From assembly GCA_002633005.1 (NCBI GenBank), contig NMRA01000571.1, positions 81,299 through 145,298 of the forward strand: 64,000 bases of DNA. Reading direction: 5' to 3'. Shown here in pieces: positions 11,610-23,200 of this stretch (position 1 is the stretch's first letter; the number at the start of each line of letters is the position of its first letter). A program made the position numbers and the translations under genes. The notes beneath the pieces are model-generated. The model searched no databases and had not been told where the DNA came from. It saw nothing but the letters and a program-made list of their open reading frames with translations. This DNA is from Phoronis australis (lineage: Eukaryota > Animalia > Phoronida).

Positions 11610-14600
11610 GTAAGTTTTGTGCACTAAATCACGCACGTCTTCACTTGACTTGGTCTAATTGAGTTATTCTTGGTCGGACGTGTTGTTTATGAATATCTGT
11701 CTCTGACTCAGTGCTCAGCCTAACCAGCCATCTAGCTGTAGGAAAGCGATCGTACCACTGTGTGTTGATATCCGTTAGACCCTGAAATTTAACTCTGTTC
11801 TGCTTGTCGCGTCGTCTTGAAACTTTTATCAACACTTGTACGCTAATGACCAGTGGGTATGCATGTAAAATCTGGGAGTCAACCGACACCCACCTTGCCT
11901 GGTAGAGCCATTTAAATGAAAAACATTCGATTAAACTTTATTATTGTGTAGTTATCTGCTTTCAATAACACTGAAAAGTCTGTTGTTGTTTTGAAAACCG
12001 TGCACTCATGACATTTCCTAACTCTTTCGACAACTTCACAGCATCAAAGTTTGTTCTGAAATTTGGTCTGTTGACACTAAAAACTAAAAGCATATAATAA
12101 ATTGAAACCAGTTTCAATAATCCATTGTGACATGTATGTAGCTTCGTGGAAGGAGAACAGTTGATAGAATTGGTGCAAAAACAAACTGGCCAATAGGTGA
12201 CGCTATATTTCATGGCAACGAAAGTTGACGCATAAGCTCGCTCCACAACTTTACCAACAGAATAACGGTAGTATACCTATCTTTCCACCATAGGGAAATA
12301 ATTTAGTTTACTCAAGATGAAATGCAAATTTTAATGACACAAATTTTGTGTCAGATTTTATTTGACCAGTTTCAATTTACCCACATCGGCGCAAAGCTGT
12401 ATATAGTATATAGGTTTGCACCAAGGCTACCAAGAACTGAACAATTTGGCTGGAGCCTTAGCCTTATGAGATCTTATTTATGATTTCCTGGTTCTCATAG
12501 TGATATGAATTCAAGGACCACCTACTGTACACTTCCTGTTATCAGACTATATTTTTCTTTTGAGTGGCATAATAGTAAGAAGCCTAGGTGCAAACCTGTA
12601 CTCCTATGGTAACACTTGAGGTTTTGTTACCCCAACACGTAAGCAAGCTTAAGCCAAACTGAGACTAATTGATTCACAAATTAACACTTGTGCTTAGGCG
12701 TGCTGCTGAAGAAATCCTACTCGCTAATTAATAATTTATGTGGTAATGCATCAACCAATATTTATCTTTTGATTTTAAAAACAGTCATGTTGGTTGTTTG
12801 CCTTACTTATTATTCGTTTTTTGACTTTGAAACTAGTCTGCTAAACAGAAGCATTGTTTACAATGCAATTATGAGCAATCAAAACACATTCGGCCAAGCC
12901 CATGAATAGCAACTAGCTCACTTTAATCTGTGACTGCACCATCATGCCTTTGATGTGCATAGATTTTGCTGGTAACAGGTACACACTTTCTCGTTCACTT
13001 GTGTGCAAATACTGTTAATGTAAGATTTGCCTATTGAGCCAGCATTATTCACTCTCTCAGACATAAACGTTTTACACAAATTTTACTTTCTGGAATATTA
13101 TTTCATATGATGTAACTGGTTGTATTTTGATTTCAGATGCCTCCTGATTACAAAGTACCAGTTCACATCGCACAGTCACATGACCCATGGAACCGTCTGC
13201 ACAAAACAGCCACACTGTCTTCTGCCAGGCACGAAGTTTTCTCATATGATCCACAAACTCCTAAAGACGATTTAGACTTTGTTCTCAAATCCCAATACGA
13301 TCAGCATGGTGAAATATTCAGGAATAGAAATGAGGTGCTTGCACAGCCTGAGACACTAGGAATGAATCATGGGTAAGTGTTATTTGGAAGTGCTGAGATA
13401 GAGAGAGAGGGAGGGAGAGAGGGAGGGAGAGAGGGAGGGAGTCAAATGTTGAAAAGATATTATCCAGAGCTGGGAACTTTGCATTAAACACTGTTCCAAT
13501 AGCAATGGCTACAATACATCTTCCTTTAATTTGAACAAAAATAGTGTCAAAAATGGTTATTTTTGGAGTTTTCGAACTTAAACACTATATTACCAAAAAT
13601 GTTCAAAATTTCATCTTGTGTTTGTTGATGACAGGTGTACCATATAATGTTTTCAAATAATGAAGTAAAATTTTGTTCTACTTGAAAGTATGTTGACCGT
13701 AAGTGTCATTGATTTCTCAAAACACCGAATAGGTAATATCAGGTCACTCGTTAATATCCAAGTTCCAAATTGATCTCAGTGATTTGTATTCAGTTATTGA
13801 TTAATCATGCAGTGATAATAAGCATGGCTAAATAATTTATGATGATTGCCAATGGCAATGACATGGTTCCCTAAAAGGAAGTTACGTATAGATTGATGTC
13901 AAATGTGAACCAGAAAGTGAAAGTTTTGACATGTAATTGCACCTGAAGGTGGTGCTACCTCCAACAGAGACTGTTGCTGGTCTTCCATTCGTGTCCTAGC
14001 TCATGTTCACACCAATTAGCCAAAAGCTCTCAACTGCAGGAGGTTTTGAATCAAATACTAATGTTAAATGTTCCATCTTAATTTCAGTCGAGTTTTGAAG
14101 AATCGCGTGAAGGAAGTACCAGCCCCTCCCCTTCCATTGAACCACCCACTTAGAATATCAGAACAGAAAGCCAAAGAAAGTCCACACTCCACTAAAATTG
14201 CGATTGGTAAGTAATTACCACTAATGCCACTCGGTGATAATTATGTCAACCTGAAGTCGCGGCCTTCATGCTCAAATGAAACATTTCACAGGGGTGAATT
14301 GTGAATAGAACAATCTGTGATCTAAATGCATAGGAGTTATCATGTGTTTGGGTTACTGACTTTTGCTGTTAAAAATTCCAAACAAGGTGTTTCATGGTAT
14401 AACAGGAACCTGAAAATGGTAATTTCACTAACAAGGGTCTAGCAGCTTGAGAACCAGTATTCTCTACTTAACTGTTGGTTCTCAAAATCCGTGTTCTCTG
14501 TAAATGACTGTTGTCACCAAAGCAATAGTGTGAAGAACATGAAACTGAATTTATTGGTTTGTGTCATCAGCTTGACCTAATTAGTGCTGCGTGGGACTTT

Positions 14601-15302
14601 CATTTCTCCCGAGTAAATGGTAGACACACTTATGTGGTGCTCAGTACCACTGTTTTAAATTGTTGTCATAGTTTTGTTCAACACAGGAAGTATAACTATT
14701 GCTTTTAGGACACCCCATTTCACACCGAATGACAAGTGTCTAATTTCTTACTTGATTTTATGATTCTCACAATAATCAAGACGTGAAAAAGGCGAATGGA
14801 CACATGATCAGAGTGGAGCTCATTGTTCTGTCTTAGTTTTAACAGACGCCTGTATTCTCATTACTTTAACTCACTATGAATATTACTACAAGATATTGAA
14901 AAAATATATATCTTTCAGTGAGGCTCTAGAGATGCTCTAGAAATTGCATTATAATAGCATCTAAATTAAGCATTTTAAAAAATGAATACAGGAGTGCTTA
15001 AATTTTGAAAAAAAATCCATTTGATTGTTTCCTTACGGACCAAGGGCTTTGGATGTGTATAATGCACAAGACTTATGGGTAATCCGAGTTGACTTCCTTA
15101 TGCTTTTACTTTGAAGTTGTCTGTTTTTGAACTGCCACAGTCGCACGCAGTATAACTTCAAATTATAATTATTATTTTTAGAATAAACATTAAATTCACT
15201 ATATTTCTATCTCTAGGAGGACATCACACACAGACAACAAACAGGGGATTTGCCAGGAAGAACTGTGGTGGTTTCTTCAACCCTGCAGCAATTATGGACT
15301 AA
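11532..15302 (+). CDS. CFAP276: CFAP276 (C1orf194) ciliary microtubule inner protein, 4 exons, 172 aa: join(11532-11609,13137-13372,14088-14206,15217-15302)
   Basis: All introns are GT-AG and phase-consistent (519 nt). Motifs RDPYP..DNDDNFMG, DPWNRL..TATLSSAR, PKDDLDF.L...Y and HT.TTNRGFARKNCGGFF match recalled human C1orf194 motifs. Confidence 0.93.
13137..13372 (+). CDS. CFAP276: CFAP276 exon 2
   Basis: tttcag acceptor and GTAAGT donor; contains PKDDLDFVLKSQY. Confidence 0.93.
13399..13441. repeat. (GA)/(GAGG) microsatellite
   Basis: Directly visible. Confidence 0.85.
14088..14206 (+). CDS. CFAP276: CFAP276 exon 3 (RVLKNRVKE...KESPHSTKIAI)
   Basis: tttcag acceptor and GTAAGT donor, phase 2 to 1. 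Confidence 0.9.
15217..15302 (+). CDS. CFAP276: CFAP276 exon 4, ending at TAA
   Basis: ctctag acceptor; GHHTQTTNRGFARKNCGGFFNPAAIMD*. Confidence 0.9.
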
Positions 15303-15890
15303 ATCATGTCATGAACCATTTAGGGACATGGCTGGAGTATTTAGCAACGCTGGAGTATAATGGGAAATGTTGAAAACTAAAATCATGGACATTTAGAAAG
15401 GACTCTTGTTAGTATTGGCTGATACTCATGAAAGCTTCGATCCGATTAAATTGTTTTTGTTTTAAATGAATCCAGCCTTTTGTGAAGACATGTGTATAGC
15501 GGTTTAGGAAATATTTTTACTCAAAGTTTGGTCATTCATACCAGGACGCTTTTTATTAAAAGACTGCGCGAAGCTGTCTAGATTGGGATGAATTATTTTG
15601 TAACAATAGAAATCAGTCTTAAAATTGTTCATGGATGATTGTAATAATGCATAAACTGCTGATGGGATTTGACTGCTGACAAAGTGTTGCAAGGGACACA
15701 CATTGCTCAAGTACATGTACAAGGAACTTTTTAACTGCCATTAAATCAACTCCATGTTTTATTAATTTTTATCTCATCACCTGCATTTTGTGCAGTTTCA
15801 CAAGGTAATGTAGTACATTTCCAAAGTGTTGTTAGGTGATGATGTGGGTTTATTTTCATTGCGTTTTATATATTTTAGTTGAATTTGTAT

Positions 15891-15896
15891 AATAAA
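15891..15896 (+). terminator. Candidate poly(A) signal for CFAP276
   Basis: AATAAA ~590 nt after the stop, followed by a T/GT-rich tract. Confidence 0.5.
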
Positions 15897-17465
15897 TGTT
15901 TAATGTTACAACGTTGTTCTTAACTTTGAACAGAGTTTATCAAACTTTCAGTTGTAGTTTTCAAACTAAACTGGACATACTTCAACAGAATTCTATCAGA
16001 CTCCATTGAATTACGACAATTTTTTTTCCAAAATTTTGTGGCAGGTTAATCGATTAACTTTTGTCGCAATAAAATGGCATTTTGGTCAAAATTTAATCAA
16101 GAGCTCAATGTCACGCTATTGTGCCTTACCGCTATTTACTTGCAGTGATTTTTTGTGTTTTTGCACAGTGATTTGTACTGCCTTCGACAGTGTGCATGGA
16201 TCAACAGCTGTCCAGATTTAGCATGAATGCTAGACAAAAAGAATTTTTGATAAAACCAAATATTTGGTGGTGGTTTTGTGTTTATTAGAATTTCCCCATT
16301 GTCCAGTTTTTTTTAAAGTACTGTTAGTAAAAAAGGGAATGGAATTACACAATTTAGAAAGGTGCAGAGAGGGGTTAGCTAGCAGACGTTTTGACCAGGT
16401 GCCCTCGTGTAGAGGAAATCACAGATGTGATCAGATCAAAAATGAATGGAAACTCTGTCATATTGGGGGCCCAAATAGCATCCCACTTCCTGGTTCCCAA
16501 TATTTGTAATACTATTTGATCACTATAGACAATCCCAAGTAGCCAGCATGTCCACTCGCTTTGGTCAAAATTCCTGGGCAAACCACATTAGTACAGTGCA
16601 CGGCGCATGATAGCGTTAAGATTAGAGTTTTTAATGAAACAAGATTGTCGTTTTCTTTATCAGTGAGTAACAGAGTGTTGAAGTTGGTGATAAGAGCGTG
16701 ACCATCTAGTTCATAGTCCCCGAGTTTGCATGACGACCATTTAGTGTTACGTCTGTAAAATTGTTAAGTCTGACATATTCCCAATCTTATGTCAGGGACC
16801 TCAACGTGTTAGTGGACAAAAATAAAAACAAATATTGTCTAGAGTCCATTCCAAAAGAGTTCAAAACCAATGGTAAACACGATTCAGCAATTTTAAGGAC
16901 ATAAAATATTCTAGAAATCTATCAAGAATTATAGGAAGTGCACAAAGTCAAGCGACGTTTGTACACACCAGTCATTTCAATCTATGTTTGATGTAGCCTC
17001 CTTCCATCTTAATTCATCCATTAGCTACACACAAAAGCTTTCTACCATCTCAAAAAAGCTTTCTGAATTTCTTCTTAATAAGGAATTGCTTTTTATGCCT
17101 CAAGAATGTAGTATTATAAAACGTCACTTCATCATGTTGGTACCCTAGTTCTGAATACATGTAAATGTTCACCTTTAACAACTCCCAAATCCCATGTTCT
17201 GAGATAGAACATCTTTTAACAAGATCCTTCAAGTTGTTATCCTTAATGGGTGATTCAAAACTGCATAGACATTGTTGTTATCATTTCAGATTCCAGTGAA
17301 AAAGAAAATAAAAAAACGTTTCCAACGCTCATCTATACATAAAGGTCCTCAAGTTCTTGGCGACAATAATAATAAGATTTTCTCCCGATACATGGGCAAA
17401 CCATAAAACTTTCCCAGGCCACCAGAATTTAAATGGCACACAAATGCACATAACTTTAATAAAAG

Positions 17466-17471
17466 TTTATT
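17466..17471 (-). terminator. Candidate distal poly(A) signal for the CCDC162-like gene
   Basis: Minus-strand AATAAA plus ATTAAA, followed by a GT-rich tract. Confidence 0.4.
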
Positions 17472-19784
17472 TTTACACTTGTATTTAACAATATATTAAC
17501 AATGAATCAGTCACTTGTATTTACATGTTATCCAGAAAGTAATGAAATGTAATTTGTGAATAAAATTTGATACAGTGCGACCTAGCTTGAAAATCGAACA
17601 TTAAATTATGGAAGAGCACTTGACAAAGTGGCTCCCCCTGTCATGAAATATAAAAATAAGTCTAATTTAAAAATCTAAATCAATATCACAAACGAGACGA
17701 TACATTAAATAAATCTTTTGAACAAATTAAAATTAACTTCACAGTAAAACCTCACCAATTTAGGACACAGTGTAGTGGACAAGAGAAATTTAATTTTTTC
17801 ACAGACAAGTAGCACCAAATTAATACTCCATTAGTTCTATAGTATAGCCACCACCAGACCATGAATTGAGAAATTCTTGGCAACCATAACACTGAGTTAG
17901 AAGCCTTTGGAAAATAAAAAACGATCAATTTTGGAAATTATTGATGTCCGAAATAGGCAAGATTTTACCATTAGTACGTGAACTTGTACATGTAGATTCA
18001 CTTCAGTCTTATTGTAATGCCTCACACAGAAGTTGCAAGAGGCTGAACAATTTCGTCGCTTCACACGTGACTTCCAAAATCGTTATAACCTTGGAGAACT
18101 CAAAAGATGGACGCTAACAATGCTTAAAAGTTTCCACCAATTCAACAAATCCATTTCACAACCAAGTGTGATTAAAAACACTTTTGCATCTCTTAAATAC
18201 CAACATACAACAAACAACTCAATAGCGATTTTAACATGCAATACAGGATAAAAGTATCCAGACAGAATACCACTCCCCATCACAATGGCTTATTTCCTTA
18301 ACAGCAGAGAGACAAAATTTTATTAGTTACAGAATTGCTTTGCCACATCTTTAACGTTCCTGTTAATTTCCCTCGTTCATTCTTGATAATGAGGGAAGAT
18401 TACTGCGACGAAAAATTCCGCTTCCACCCCGATGTCATGACAGAGGATTCTGAGTCATTTTGTCTAATACTATTGACAAGTGGTATATAACAAGCACTTT
18501 GTGTTGCATAAACAAGAGCACAAATATCATTTTGTTGTTCTTGAGTTTAAGAGACATAGGACTTGACAGAAATTAGCCCACCAGAGGGAGCACACCAAGT
18601 AAAACTTTCATGCACACTACCTAATAACAGAATTGTAATGTAATGAGTGATCATACATTATATGGAATGTAAACTCTTTGAATAAAAACAAAAACAGTAG
18701 AAACACACTATCAAAATGCCCTTTAAATCATCTGAGAGGAGCACAAACTCCAATAACAGTCTAAGCTTTCACCATAAGGCATCTCAACTTTTGAGCCGTC
18801 ACTGGACTAGCCAATGGTAAAACAACAGAGAACCTGATTATAAGTAGTTTGCAAAACATTACTTTCTTCAACAGAAACAATGCAGATGCTATTCCAAACA
18901 TTAGCCAATTTGACTACTTTCAATCAAACTATGGTCCCCAATATAACCACAAACTGGAAAAAATACTCAGTCAAAGGTCTTGATGAAGACATTAGCCCCA
19001 AACTTAACAAGGACTAAACAAGCCACACACGGCAAAAATTAAAGCGCTTAGAGCTAAATACAAAACTTTAAAGCCTGGAAAACAAAGTCAGCAGTACAAC
19101 TATTTTTATCCAAAACTGATAAATAAACATATAACGCACCCATTGCAATTATCTTTGGTGTCCTTTTGCATTTTTCCACTTACTCAATCTCATACATACT
19201 TGACAAATGCACAGAATAAAAATAAGTGCAAAACCACCAGTATTGTTTTTTAGGGTAATCCCAAAGTTCAACACTCTAGTATGACCCCTAGTAAGGGTAC
19301 AGGACAGTTACCAGTGGCAAAAAGCCTTACCACAGATTTAATATCTAAGACCTCAATTAAGACTTTTGCATGCAACGCCACATACAATAAATATGATTGT
19401 CAGGCCTTACCCATTCTCATCTTCAAAATGGATAAAATACAGATGTGGCTTTTAGACTTTGAACATGAATGCTGTCAAAACAGTCCAGCACAAATAACAA
19501 ACAATGGAGTTTACTGTTAACCAGTTAGTTAGCATTCTATAGAAGCCACAAATGCCACAGCGGTAAAACGTAAATCGTTCTTTGTTAGTTGGAAAATAAA
19601 ATTAATGCCCACTAAACATTAACAAGACAATAAAAACATGGAATGTTGATACTGGCTAAACCTCAGTGTTAACTGCCCAGGGAAACTTATCGAAACAAAG
19701 ACAAACATTTCACAGTAGAAATTTATAATCTCAACGCACAAAAAAAAACGCCAAACAGTATTTTCTAAGGTTTGCGAACTTTAA

Positions 19785-19790
19785 TTTATT
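19785..19790 (-). terminator. Candidate proximal poly(A) signal for the CCDC162-like gene
   Basis: Minus-strand AATAAATTAAA ~400 nt after the stop. Confidence 0.4.
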
Positions 19791-20185
19791 GTGAGAAAGA
19801 CTACAATAAAAAATTGCACAAATTATGCAACCAATGTAGATGATTCAGGTATCACAATGAACTTGCATAGACGATGAAAACGAGCTTCACAAAGAAGCTC
19901 AGTTACACAATGTTCAAATCTTTAATTGCATAACATCACATCATTTTGTACATTAATTTAACAGAACTATAAAATACATTTCTCTCAAAGATGAAGTGAG
20001 CTATAAATACCCTATTTTGGAAAAAATATCCTCCATGTTCCAAGAAGGGAAATAACTCCAATGGTCAATTTTCAAATTTCTCGTATTCGCAAAATAAAAA
20101 TAGTCTGCTCCAAAACTGCAATTGGAAAATATGTTACGAAGTGACCAATCAAAACATGACTAAGAATAGTTACAGTATTTGCTTA

Positions 20186-20296
20186 TTAAGTTTTCAATTG
20201 CGCTTCTTGCAATCGGATGAGAGTCTCATGGTGATCAGGTGTGTCCAGCTCGTTCAACAGCTGTTCAGCCATCTTGCTGCGTAACCTTCCCAGCGT
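20186..20296 (-). CDS. CCDC162: CCDC162-like terminal exon (TLGRLRSKMAEQLL...QLKT*)
   Basis: CAG acceptor, phase 0, TAA at 20186-20188. Confidence 0.85.
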   Translation of the reverse strand, partial: TLGRLRSKMAEQLLNELDTPDHHETLIRLQEAQLKT

Positions 20297-23200
20297 CTGT
20301 AACATAACAGCAGACTAAGATGAACCAATCAAATCCAATTAGGAATAACACCAACAGATGGCGCATGACACAGACTGTACTTGAAACTATAACAAGTTAC
20401 AGTAATTGCTGATGAGATCAGCACATCAGCTCCTTACATTGTTTTAAATGCTCAGAATTTCTAAGTGCACCAGCCAACAACACGAATACCTACCATTAAA
20501 ATGTTTTTTTTGCATATTTCTGCATATTGTATAATAAATTGAAGAAAAACAATCATAATGAGACAATGACTGCGTGGAAATGTATGTCAGACAGCACCAA
20601 TTGGAATTTTATAGCAAAAATACACAAGAGCAACGAAGAGCGTTGAAATGCGCCCACAATTGCACCGCATACGGTATCCTTCTAGGGTTGTTTATTGGTA
20701 CCATAAAGTGGCCAGTAGAGGGCATATATGTAGTATGTTGTACTTTGCAAAATGGAAAGGCATGGTCATTGTCTCCTCAATAGGCTAGGGGCAAAATGTG
20801 AGTAATCTTCATAATACAAGCACATCCTATACACCAGTTGCTAAAAGCACCACAGAAACAGAATTAAAAACAAATTTACCAACATACGAGATTAGCACAG
20901 CATTAGAAAGCCAGAAACAAATTTCTACTTGGAACTTTTCCTTCATAGTCATGAAGTAACACAAAGTATACACCTGAAGACCTATGAAAATACATAGGTC
21001 AATGTAAAATACTAAAATTGCCACTAGGGGGCACACCAGTAGTCGGATCCGTCCGAAAGTTCGCACATGCCGTCCCATTTATGAATGGAACATATGTGCT
21101 AAATTTCATGAACGTATGTCAAAGGGTTTTGGAGATAGAGCAGCGGACGCCGGACGGACGCCGCCCGGACGGACGGACGGACAGAGATGACGGCATAATG
21201 CGTCCACATATAAATATGTGGGCGCATAATAAAGTAAGGAGCTGCTTTCCATCGCCTAGTGTATTCTGGAGGAAATGAGGCTCAACACTAAAATAATCAC
21301 GATCATACAAGTGATTGAAATAACTAATTTTGTTTCATCTAGAAATTTTTCTGTGTTAAAATTTTGGTAAAACTTTTATTGCAGACACTTTGAGTTGTCA
21401 AACTTGCTCCAATCCTATGGCGTTTGGCATGAGTTACGGAGTTCATTAAGTTCCAAGTATTTCACAGATCTCATAGCAGATTTTACGCAACTCACGTTAA
21501 CAGTGCGGGGTCTTTGGATTCTCTTGTAGTCTCCATTGGTCATAGCGTCTGGGGGTACACCGGAGTTGGCCGGCCAGCTGACCGGTGGTGGCCACTGCCC
21601 AGTCGACTTGGACGTTGCGGGATTGGATGGCGTGGTGCTACGCTTGGAGATTTGGGACAGTCGGGTCTTGCTTCTCACGACGGCTGAAATAATACACACA
21701 GTTATGTTTCAAACAAGAGGGATAATGAATAAATGGATATTACAAGTCCAAAGACATGACCAAATAATGGAAAAGGTATCAACTAAGACAAATTTAGAAA
21801 TTAAGATAATTATTTTTTAATTTTCTGGCAAAAATCAATCTTCTGTAACTGAAAAACCTGTTTTGATGATTAGTAGAAATTTTTTAAGTCATCACTTCAA
21901 AATTCAAAACTTTCTTGTAAGTAAAATAAACAGACTTCGTGGCCTGAAACATGATTTATTCAAATGACCAAATAGACAAAAATATACTAAGAAAGACATG
22001 CACTCCCTGTAAATGAAGTCAAAACCACTATCAGTAGCAAATACCATAGCATAGTTTGCACAGCCCAACATAGACCTCCGATATTCAAATTAAAAAGATG
22101 CATTTAAGTCAAAGGTTTTCCACCAAGAAAACCATGATTGTTTTTAAAAACAAAGTACCTAAGTACAGAATCAATTTACTGACAATAACTTTTACTTTGT
22201 ATATTCTTGACCAACCGAAAACTATAAAATAGGTGAGCCATTTTGAAGAAACAAGAGAAAAGGAATTTTAATTATAAAATATTTTCCAGATGAAGATTAT
22301 CTCCAAAGAAGCTTTTTGTAAATACCTGGTAACTGAATACAATTTTTACATTAATGTCCCAAGCAGTGCCACCATGTTTTAGGGTAGAAACTCTAATTGT
22401 TTTTTAACTTTGTTTACACGCAATAAAACCACGGAACGAAAGTAGTTCATGTATTGCTCGAATGGAACATTTCGCTGTCGCTAAATTCTTTATTAATGTT
22501 TGAAATTTGCCATTTTAAATTTTGTACGACCACGACAGCACTGTTTGACATTTAACAGAATAGCACACTCAGCCAATCTGGTACTACAATAGCCAAAGTA
22601 CTGGTGTGGACATGATGTCATGTCAAATCTAGATTGACAATGATAGGGTGAAATATTTAGCATAATTATTAACAAATCCAAAGGTTTTGGAAATTTTCAG
22701 GAAATTGTCATTGCCATTGTTTATTTACCAGTGGCCACTGGGAGGCCACCAGGAGTCCCTTGCCCCTGCTAAATCTGTCTCTCCGACAACCACTAGACAC
22801 CCTTAAGCCAATCTCAAACACACCAGGTTTTCAGAACTAATAACCAGAACTGCATAACTAGTATACTGTCTAGGTCTTTTCCTGCAATATATTTGCATAA
22901 CTCATTTGCAGAGACGTTGGCCACTTAACTGCAGTTCCTATCTGAATCATACAAGCACCATTATTGTTCACAAGTTACATGTAGGTACTATAAGAAATTG
23001 AAATCAACCAACTTACAGCCTCCTGAATTGAGGGGTTTTAGCTGCCTTTTGCCTATAAAATGTCACACATTTAGGACACAATGTGGCAGACAAGTGGCGG
23101 AACATTTTCATATGTTTTCATATTCAAGAAAAGAATTATCACCAAATAAATGCTTTGAAATTTTTTATTTCCAAGAAAATGTTTCGAGAATATACAAGAT

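Noticed and set aside
16750-17420. Decayed coding or retroelement remnant on the minus strand
   Set aside because: Multiple stops and no recognisable motif.
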